Origin: Asterias rubens
Taxonomy: Eukaryota
Length of the DNA: 64,000 bases
Assembly (NCBI RefSeq): GCF_902459465.1
Contig: NC_047079.1
Coordinates: 11,594,001 to 11,658,000, forward strand
Direction: 5' to 3'
Part shown: positions 1 to 10,000 of the stretch, in pieces
How the letters are laid out: every line of letters begins with the position of its first letter
Numbering within the stretch: position 1 is the first letter of the stretch
Notes under the pieces: model-generated
What the model was told of the DNA's origin: nothing
What the model saw: only the letters and a program-made list of their open reading frames with translations
The model's database searches: none
Made by a program: the position numbers and the translations under genes

Positions 1-267
1 GCCGAAACACGTGCGTATAAAGATGTACGTATTCACATTTTTTTGTCACGCAACACTGAACGCCAAGGCAAGTATGACTTTAATTACACACAGCGCGTGC
101 GTGATCAACGCTTAACACAGAACGGATCAACCACAGGACTAATTGTAATATCCCTTATACTTGGATATTTTGGAGTTACACTTCCAGGGGTTATGATCGA
201 GCAAGGCATGCTGGGAAAAAATGGCGCGGCGAGATCGATCACCCCTGGGAACGAGGTTGGGCCATGA
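1..267 (+). CDS. Possible 3' end of an unidentified coding exon, open from the window edge, with one hydrophobic segment
   Basis: Frame 1 is open from base 1 to TGA at 265-267 (…RVRDQRLTQNGSTTGLIVISLILGYFGVTLPGVMIEQGMLG…). The segment is more GC-rich than its flank. No family was recognised, and overlapping minus-strand ORFs cannot be excluded. Confidence 0.3.
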   Translation, partial: AETRAYKDVRIHIFLSRNTERQGKYDFNYTQRVRDQRLTQNGSTTGLIVISLILGYFGVTLPGVMIEQGMLGKNGAARSITPGNEVGP

Positions 268-726
268 AGGCCCAACGAGATATGGCCGGGATTGTAGATT
301 GCACACAAAGTAAAGACTAAAGACCACAAGGAATTAGAAAAAATTCAATTTTTTGCTGATGAAAAGTCAGGAAGTTTACTATAAAAAAAAAGACATACGG
401 GGCAGTCTGGTATAAGTTAATATACTGGATGCCAGATTGGATTAGAGATGTAAAAAGGAAGAAAAGTATTAAAGAAAAAGAATAGTGCCTTGTGATATTT
501 TTTGAGAGACAGAAGATTTTTGTATTTGATGAAATCATAAAATGCAAATTTTTATTTGAACTACTAATTTGTTGTAAGTTAAGAAGCTTATACTTTATGG
601 TTAATCAAAACCAATTTATTTTGCACAATTGATTAACTTTCATGATGTTTGTCAAACTTAATTGGATCAATACAACACCTTACACTTGTTTCTTTTGTGC
701 TTTATGAATTCTTGGGGTTTTTCAAC

Positions 727-1110
727 TTAAAGGCACTGGACACTATTGGTAATCACTGTTAGCATAAACACTTAACGGTTAACGATCAATGGAGAGCTGT
801 TGATAGTATAAAACATTGTGAGAAACAGCTCCCTTTGAAGTAACGTTGTTTCGAGAAAGAAGTAATTTTCCACTTAAATATTTGAATTTGATTTTGAGAC
901 CTCGGAATTTAAATTTGAGGTCTCAAAATCAAGCATCTGAAAGCACACAACTTCGTGTGGCAAGGGTGTTTTTCTTCCATTATTATCTTGCAACTTTGAT
1001 GACCAATTGAGTCCAAATTTTCACAGGTTTGTTGTTTTGTGCATATATTGAGATACACGAAGTGAGAAGACTGGTCTTTGACAATTACCAGTAGTGTCCA
1101 GTGTCTTTAA
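727..1110. mobile_element. Non-autonomous DNA transposon (MITE family A), TTAA-flanked
   Basis: TTAA|aggcactggacac…gtgtccagtgtct|TTAA. Related copies at about 5008-5217, 8068-8447 and 41888-42278. Confidence 0.85.
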
Positions 1111-1469
1111 AACCAGATTCATAGTCAGTAAAGGACAAAATATACCACTGTTTGAATTTTCACTTCTTTTAATGTTCCTAATACATTTTCATGAGGTAAA
1201 ATGTATACTGTTACCTGATCGGTTGGTACATAATAAAGTGCAGGTTAACTAAATCATACAAATAAAATGTTTGTATGTTTGGGATCTTTAACAAAATCTG
1301 ATTTTCCCATTAGATTCTATATCATAAGGCTATTTTTTGTTGTTGAAACCCTGTCTCATTACATAACATTACGGGTACAAAATCAGCCAAGGAGCCTGAA
1401 TATTTTTCCAGTCGGTCTCACTTTGGTCATGTGGGTTGATATTATAAACTTAATATTGCTGCATCATGC

Positions 1470-1842
1470 TTAAAGCCATTGGACCCTTTCGGTTCAGAAA
1501 AAAAAATAAAAGTTCACAGATTTACAAATAACTTACAGGGTTTACAGAAGGCAATGGTGAAAGACTTCTCTTGAAATATTATTCCATGAAATGCTTTACT
1601 TTTGAGAAAACAGCAAAACAATATAAATTCTCGTTAACGAGAATTACGGATTTATTTTAAACACATGTCATGACACGGCGAAACGCGCAGAAACAAGAGT
1701 GGGTTTTTCCGTTGTTTTCTCCCGACTCTGATGACCGATTGAGCCTAAATTTTCACAGGTTTATTATTTGATATAGAAGTTGTGATACACGAAGTGTGGG
1801 CCTTGGACAACACTGTTTACCGAAAGGGTCCAATGGCTTTAA
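1470..1842. mobile_element. MITE family B, TTAA-flanked
   Basis: TIR agccattggaccctttcgg…ccgaaagggtccaatggct, with TTAA on both sides. Confidence 0.88.
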
Positions 1843-2206
1843 AGGACTTTTATTTTATCAAAAGTTATTTTTTTTGACATCTTTATTTTATTTTGGATGT
1901 AAATGTTCAAATTCCAAGACCTTAAAAACTAACTCCACTTTGTTCTTGAAAAGACATTTCTTGGTTTAATACTTCCTAGCATTCCAAATTATCAATATGA
2001 TAACAAGTAAACACCTATAAATATTGTGTTTTTCAACATGTGTTACATTGCACTAGTAATAACATTAACAACATGAAAGGAAACCTGTTTGTGGTGTGCC
2101 TTGTTAACCTTGAAGCTTTCATAAATTATTTTCCTTTGCCCAACCCAAAACTCATTTAAAATCAACAGATTCAGTTTCCCTTGTGGCTTATCACTTGATA
2201 TAACAA

Positions 2207-2482
2207 GTTGCCTCGGATCGGTCGAGTTGGTCTTTGAAAAGCGTTTGTAACCGTTTGTTATAAAATGCATATGGATAGAAAGATGTTTTAAAAGTAGAAA
2301 TTTTTGACTCCCACAAATGGTCGACCGTGTTAGTTAAACCACGCAATTTCGAAGCAAATTTGTGTGGATCATTGTATTCTACTTTTAAAACGTCCTTCTA
2401 ACCATATGCATTTCATAACAAACGGTTTTCAAACGCTTTTTATAGACCAACTCGTCCAATCCAAGGCAACGTGTTCCTTTAA
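2207..2482. mobile_element. MITE family C, left end truncated
   Basis: gttgcctcggatcggtcgagttggtc…ccaaggcaacgtgttcctttaa. Confidence 0.8.
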
Positions 2483-3234
2483 GGTGATCCCCTGGCTGCC
2501 GCTTCCTAGGTTGTTGTAAACCTGGATGTGATCCCTGGTTATACGGCAGATGCAGGTTGAATGGTTCTGACTGGAATCCTCAAATAATTGACACAATAGG
2601 GAGGCTGCTAACATTAGGGCTCGTCAGTTTAGTTGGTAGAGTGCCTGCACATTTTTTTCTGGAGGTTCAAATCCAATTCTAATTTGTTTTTGTTCAGCAA
2701 ATTATATTTAAAAAAACTTGTTGTCTACATTCTGCCAATTTCATCCAACTAAGCATCATTAACACCCATCAAAGTATACTTTGAACTTAAAACTTGAACT
2801 TTGAACTTGGAAACAACTATTGCTGAAGTTCTCTAAAACTAAATAATGACGGAATAGCATTTTTACAAAATATCTATTGAAACGTGTTTGAAAAACAAAA
2901 TCATGGTGGTCCCTTAATATATTGTCAGGAATATTGGAACCGGCTTGAAGTGACTTGGCAAGCCACTACCTGAGCCATGGTCTTAACCTTAATGTCCATT
3001 CCAATTTTTCCATAAGACTTTTTTGCGAAAGTCTTTTCCTCTTAGGGAATCTCTTGGAACCTTTAGGAAATAAATTCCAGAAATTTGGCCGCTACACATC
3101 AATTTCCTTGGTAGATCAAGATTCCAAAAAGAGTCGTCCAAATAAATGTTAGTGATTGACCCATTTTCAAACTATGGTCAATCACCATGGCAATGAATAA
3201 ATAACAATAGAAAGTCTTGATTACCGTGGTAATG

Positions 3235-5919
3235 CTACGTGAAGTAGTACGGTTTCTTGACATTGATGCCATGTTCACTCAGTGCAGGAGTCAAGTCTTC
3301 CATGGTCAAGGTGTATCTCTTGTCCTGTTTCAAAAAGAAAATGAAATCAACTTAGATCCTCTCTTCATAAGTTAGGTGTTTTTGAGAAATGTATTTTTGA
3401 AAAGTCTTCTTAAACCATTTCCCCCAAGTTCCTATGTTTACTGTCCACTTAAAGCACATTACCAAGTTACTTGTTATGACAGGCCTCGAATTACACAAAG
3501 GTTACAAAGGCCATGGCCGAAAATCCGTAGTGAGTACGATTATGTCCACACAGGAAGAATAATCCAAAATAGGAATACACATAATCTTAGAAGTTACCAG
3601 CAACACTTCTTATAGTCAAATTTTCTGGATATGTTTTTCCATAACCACAGTGACTTCAAGGTGAAACGTTCCTCAAAATGCATTCTACACCCGAAAGCTG
3701 CTGTGCTTCTTACCATAGACCCTTTATAACAGGCCGACTGTTTTGTATCTTTTTCACAACGTACCTTGCCGACTTTCTTTGAACTCTGACCCGATCCCCT
3801 CATCTTACAATGTTGGAGAGCATCGTTGGCAATGTCAGAGATGAACTTTTGTGCAGCTAGGGATATTACACGCACTCTGCAGATCAAAAGTTACAAAACC
3901 AAGGTCAAAGGTCTCATCATATCAATAAATATGAGGGGGGAAACAAGTAAGTAACAGTCTTATATTTAAGCTCTTTATCATTGCAGCCATCCTAGAGGTA
4001 AACAATAGAAACGCATAGGTTTGAACGCAAGGCGCACTGGATTTGCCAATGAACCTCTTGTTTACATCTAGGTGAGGGCGCCCAACACAAACGACGTCAT
4101 GAACATAAGTTCTAGAAGACACAATGGGGGGGGGGGGGTACCCCATGGAGCAACTAATCTTTCATGAATAAGAGCTTGAGTAAAGTGCACTGATCTGCTC
4201 GGCAATGACACTACCTCCTGACCAAGTGATTTCTGTTGTTATCTTTTGTTATCATTCTGATCTTTAGGGTCCTTGGGTTTCTACTTACACTCTTGGGTCT
4301 GAAGACTCAAATCCAGCTCTATTGAGATAGTATCCAGTCACTGCATCAGGTATCTAGGGATTGGAATGACAAAACTTTGTTTATTTCTTTAATCATTACA
4401 AAAGACATTTTGCAAACTCTGGGCTCTGCTCGGATGAAAAAACATTAGGTTTTGGGCATACATTTGCTGGACAAATATTTGTTGTTTCAAGCCATTGGAC
4501 ACTTTCGGAACAGAAAAAAAATTAAAAGTTCACACATTTACAAATAACTTACAAGATTTACAGAAGGTAATGGTGAAAGACAAATATCACTTCTCGATAT
4601 CGAGAATTACAGATTTATTTTAAACGCATGTCAACGTGCGGAAACAAGGGTGGGTTTTCTCGTTATTTTCTCCCGACTCCGATGACCGATTGAGCCTAAA
4701 TTTTCACAGGTTTGTTATTTTTTATATAAGTTGAGATACACGAAGTGTGGGCTTTGGGTAATACTGTTTACCGAAAGTGTCCAATGGCTTTAGGGTTTAT
4801 TTATTTATATTTTAATTTTTTAAATGTTGTAACCCCTGAACCCCTGGAGTTTTAGATTTCAATGAGCTTTTAGAAACAGCTCCTCAGCACTAGAGAAGCG
4901 CAGGATTTATTGACAATTAAAAAAAGCAAACAATCACCAACAGGCCTGGAATGTCATCTTTGACAGGGCAAAGCCATTTTGATTTTGAAAAGGGGACTTC
5001 CATTGGTAACACTATTGGTAATTACTCACAATAATTATCAGCATAAAAACTCACTTGGTAACGAGTAATGGGGAGAGATTGATAGTATAAAACATTGTGA
5101 GAAGCGGCTCCCTCTGAAGTGTTTTCCACAAAATTTGATTTCGAGACCTAAGATTTAGAATACACCAACTGTGAAGACTAGTCTTTGACAACTACCAATA
5201 GTGTCCAGTGTCTTTAAAATTTATTGGACATACAATTATTTGAAGGGGCATCAAGGCCAAGACAAGGGCAACAGAGACGTCATGGCCTCTGTGGCCTCTA
5301 TGTTATTCCAGGCCTACACCATCATCATCAGCGTCAGGCCATCTTGTCAGATGATGCCTGCAGAGATCGTCTTACAGCACGGGCGTGCCTTCGTGCACGT
5401 CGCTCCTCCTGGCTCTGGGCCCATGAATCGTGTATATGCCCGCCGCCCTGTCGGACAAGCCGCCGCCCTGTCGGACAAGCCGCCGCCCTGTCGGACAAGC
5501 CGCCGCCCTGTCGGACAAGCCGCCGCCCTGTCGGACAAACCGTCGCCAAGCAGGCCGGTCTTTGGCCAGGCATCCCCAATCAGCTGGTATGCCCGTTGCT
5601 CTTATGGTCCTTTTTACTACATCTTTGTAGCGGAGCAGAGGGCGCCCAGAGCAGAGGCCTACACCAGACAGTGGTAAATAAGTCTGTATTCAAATAGAAG
5701 TCTGAAATTTATGAATCATGAAGAAATTAAAGTGAAGTTGAAATTAGTAAACTTGGAACTCACAGTGGGTGCATAGTCTTCAATCTGATATAATAAATCT
5801 TCCAATGCATCTCCAGCCGTCTTAACCTCTCCATTTGCCAGAACTTCCTTTGGGGTCGGAGTAGATGAACCCGAGGTACCAGTGCTGGAACTGGTTCCAG
5901 AGCTTGGAGCTGTTGCCAT
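3235..5919 (-). CDS. TAF10: TFIID subunit 10 (histone-fold TAF), 4 coding exons, 140 aa
   Basis: Exons 5764-5919, 4289-4353, 3765-3876, 3235-3324, all GT-AG and phase-consistent. The product contains [56 protein letters not shown]…DKRYTLTMEDLTPALSEHGINVKKPYYFT*, the conserved TAF10 core. Confidence 0.97.
4489..4792. mobile_element. MITE family B, internally deleted copy
   Basis: agccattggacactttcgg…ccgaaagtgtccaatggct, with the same interior as 1470-1842. Confidence 0.8.
5008..5217. mobile_element. MITE family A, partial copy
   Basis: Shares its internal sequence and the right end gtgtccagtgtctttaa with 727-1110. Confidence 0.75.
5322..5654 (-). mobile_element. 5'-truncated RTE-clade LINE 3' end in TAF10 intron 1, with a 12-bp TSD
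   Basis: The minus strand translates RPLLRYKDVVKRTIRATGIPADWGCLAKDRPAWRRFVRQGG…EERRARRH, the RTE ORF2 C-terminal pattern, followed by a (TGA)n tail. It is flanked by direct repeats aggcctacacca at 5310-5321 and 5655-5666. Confidence 0.8.
5441..5540. repeat. 20-bp GC-rich tandem repeat, 5 copies, inside the RTE fragment
   Basis: cgccgccctgtcggacaagc at 5441, 5461, 5481, 5501 and 5521 (the last copy has 1 mismatch). Confidence 0.97.
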
Positions 5920-7026
5920 TTCTTCTCACCTGCTGCAATGTTGAACAAATGAAACAATGGTCCAAATTAATTTTGGTCAAACAAATATAGATATATTTAT
6001 ATAGTACAATTGAACAACACTGCTTAAGAGGAATAATTGTTTATTTTGTTTCTACATTCAATGTTACGGTGTGCTGAGTGAAAGACTAGCTCTTGCTGTC
6101 TATCTCAATCATTATTTGTTAAAAATTATGATTTTAAAATGTGTTTACAATTTACCTTCAAAATCAATTTATACATAAAATATGTCAAGTTCTATCCCTT
6201 TTGATTATTGTTGATGTGCTCTATGGGGTATCGAAGGGCACGTTCGATGATTATGTTTTGAGGTTTATATTTAAATTGTCAACATGCTGTGATCAAACAA
6301 AGCCGAGCAAAGTCAACTCACATGCTAGTGCCGTCGGCAGGCTGGCAGGAGGGTTATGTTATCGCAACAACTCACATGCTCAAACCATACTCAGTTCTAG
6401 AACTATCTTATCTATATGGAGGTTCGTTCCGCTATCGTCTCCACTAACGATAGCACAACGAACCTCTCATAGTTCTAGCATGGAGCTATAGGAGTACTCA
6501 ACAAAGAGGAAAAGTTTCTATATGGCGCCACCACTTTTTTATTCGATATGAAATAAAATAGTATCTAATTTACCTCAAATTGAGGCTCAATGAAACAATA
6601 GGCTATCCCTTGTTGTTGTAAAACAAACCAAATAAATGGATAACTTTCTATATGGCGCCACCACTTTTTCACTCGTTTAGGAATCTTTACTCTTTGAACA
6701 AATGAGAAATAATAACTCACCTTATTGTCTATCCAAGAATTTTAAATAAAACCACAATATTTCGGCTACAAAATGTGTCCAAAGAAGACTGGCATAACAC
6801 AAAAATGATTTCTTGAATATTGAATGATTGACCATTGAAAGTACACAGCGCCCTCTAGAGATTTATTTATTTAAGCCCAGTCGTCCCTTACCATGTAAAG
6901 AGCTCAGTTATTTGACCAAGTCGTCTCATACAAAATCCTGTTGTTGACCAAGGTCGCCCCGTCAATATGCGGTGATTACTGTGGGAAAACTTGTCGGTCG
7001 ACTTAGTAAGGGGCGACTTTCCGATT

Positions 7027-7038
7027 CAAGATGGCGGC
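7027..7038 (+). promoter_or_regulatory. YY1-type motif overlapping the MRPS22 start codon, in the TAF10/MRPS22 bidirectional promoter
   Basis: caagATGgcggc matches the YY1 consensus. Similar motifs sit at the UBXN10 (caaaATGgccg) and EXOC8 (caacATGgcgg) starts. Motif match only. Confidence 0.45.
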
Positions 7039-10000
7039 CTGCATGAGAAGAAAATTTCTTAGGAATTCGGGTCAGTTTTTGCGAGGATACTTCGGAGAAA
7101 GTGGCCTGTCATGTAAAGTGCAGAGATGTTCTTGTTCTTCCAAGTCATTTGATTCAAATAAAGGTACTTTAGGAAGCTTTGGAGGGAGGGAGGGAGATGG
7201 TTTGCAGTTGCACGGAACGCCATGCGTTTGTTCGTGCATGCAGTGAACGGATGCCCAGTTTCCGGACATCTGCTGAATAAATTAATTTTGTTCATTTCTG
7301 TATTAAAAACACAACTCCTTTTCTGTTTATATTTTGATGGCCGTTCATTGGCAAGACTAAATTAAATGAGTTATTTATTAGGCTTAAATGTAATTTATTT
7401 TCTTTTTTTAATTTAATTACTAATTTCAATGACAATATTATAAATTGTTACTGATAATTATTTTATTTAGTTAAAGTGGTTTTCTTTTTTAGGCCTATTG
7501 TATTAAATATATGAAGTATATAAAAAAAAAAAAATTTATTCACAAAAATTGTAATTAAACGACAAGAACAGTTACAGTACTACTCAAAATAACACTTCTT
7601 TCTTCTCTATTTTACTTTTGGAGTTGAATAATTCTAACTTGAAATTGAATCTACAAATTAAAATAGAGTGCCGATATTTGTAAATGAGTTATTACATGAC
7701 ATTAACATTTACAATGCTACGTACTAGCATCATGAACATGGAGGTAGAAATACAAGTAAACAAAATCAAATTCAATATATTGCAATAATCGCATCTCTCA
7801 TCCTACTGACCATCGAGAGGATTAACTTAGAGATGATGGAGGGTTACCGTTAGGATCACGCAACTATTGAAATGCATTTCTGTGAAACGTTTACAGGTGC
7901 TTCAAAGCTGTTTCTGTCCGATGAAGTGCAAAGCATCTTGAAGAGAATAACTGGGATGGATCTAAGCAAAGTTTTCCGCCACACCAAAGAAAAATTAGAA
8001 GCACCAACTTACAGACTTGTCAGCGATGCTAAACTAAAACAGGTAACAACTTAATCTGAATCTTACTAGACACTGGACACCTTTGGTAATTGTCAAAGAT
8101 CAATCTCCTCACTTGGTATATCTCAACATATGCATAAAATAACAAACCTGTGAAAATTTGAGCTCAATTGGTTGTCGAAGTTGCAAGAGAATAAAGGAAG
8201 AAAAAACACCCTTGTCTCACGAAGTTGTGTGCTTTGAGATGCTTGATTTCGAGACCTCTGCTGACGTCTCAAAATCAAATCAAATATTTTACTGAGAAAT
8301 TACTTCTTTCTCAAAAACAACATTACTTCAGAAGGAGGCGTCGTTTCTCACAAAATTTTATAAACAGCTCTCCATTGCTCGTTACCAAATACGTTTTTAT
8401 GCTAACATTTATTTTGAGTAATTACCAATAGTGTCCACTGCCTTTAAAATTTAACAATTTGGAGGACCCTTGAGACCTGAATCTGTTGTCCCCCGTTATT
8501 ATTAAAAGAAAAGAAAATTGTTTTATATGTTCATATCTCAGTCAAGGTAATTACTTTTATTTAGTTTTTCACATAAAAAAAGTTGTTCTTCTGTAGCTTT
8601 AGTTTGTAATTTATAATAATAATAACATTCAATTTATAAGGCGCACAGTATCTGGAATAGAACCATTCAAAGGAACCATTTAACATTGCATTTAAGAAAA
8701 CTAATTTAACTAGTCATTTCATTTTTCTACCTGAATTTCACAGCTTGAGGAGGAGGCTAAGAAAACGGCTGAGAAGAGACTACAGATGCCTCCTGTGATT
8801 GAAGAGAGAACAGAGATTGATGAAGTATTAGCAGAGAATCCAGAGCTGGAAGGTTTAGAGTCGTCAAAGTTTGTCTTCACAGATATAACATACGACCTGA
8901 GTGACAGGGTAAAGTCAAACTCCTTTTTTTTTTTCAGTATTTGTAATACTAGGGTTGATTTCATAAAAGCCTTCATGAAGATTTGTGGAAACACCATGTA
9001 TGAACCTCTCTCTATGAGCTATGATGGTTCTAAAAAGAACGTTTGAGCGTTTGGATCATCTTCAGTAGAATGCTTGACTCTGTTGCCATATATGCTGCTT
9101 ACATGTGTGTAGTAAGTACTGCATATTAGGTTTCCGTGGAGCATCAAGTTACAGTCCTCCACAAACCTTCTGGACTCTTTCCCCTGCAAAGTTCCAGATC
9201 TTAATTATTCATAAAGTCTATAAACGGGCATTTTATGCTGATAGAGCAGCCATTAGCACAGTTACTAATTTACAGCAAAGCAAAAGGCATACTAATTTCT
9301 TGTAAGGAAACCCATTGTGAACCAACAGCCATTAGCACAATTTCTACTTTATAGCAAAGCAAAAGGCATACTTATTTGTCAGTGGTCCTTGTAAGGAAAC
9401 CCATTGTGAACCAACTTGCACTGTAAAATCTTCTTGATTGTTTATGAAAATGCAATGTTGCTCACTCATTTCTGCTATAGTTAGCCAGAAATGTGCTTAC
9501 TAACCGACGGATTTATGAAATTTTGACCCTAATCTAACTCCTGTATGTGTTGGGACATTAAAGTTCATTTGTTGAATACTGTTTATTATTACTGATACTA
9601 GGAGCGTTTTATTGTTGTTCGGGAACCAAACGGCGTGTTGCGCAAAGCTAAGTGGGAAGAGCGTGATCGTATTCTCCAGATTTATTTCCCCCGGTCCCAA
9701 CGCCAGCTTGTACCACCACCGCTGTTTGAGGATGAACGGCTTCAAGTAAGTCAAGACTTCATCTGAAACTTGTTTGACCATTTTGAAATTGTTTGTAATA
9801 TGTATTTCAATTTTATCTAGATGACTGACTGAGTACAAGTATAAAACTTTATAAATAGCACTGGTACATACATAACGACTTAATTATTAAAGTGAGGTAA
9901 TTAATCAATGTAAACTTGCAATGTATTGTTTTTCTTCCTTTTTTTCCAAAAACCAACGTTTGATGATCACTTTATACTCTGATTCTTGTACACTTACATT

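Noticed and set aside
5201-5697. Two overlapping ~158-aa plus-strand ORFs
   Set aside because: They are antisense to the RTE fragment. The 20-bp unit cycles through frames and the GC-rich sequence is stop-poor.
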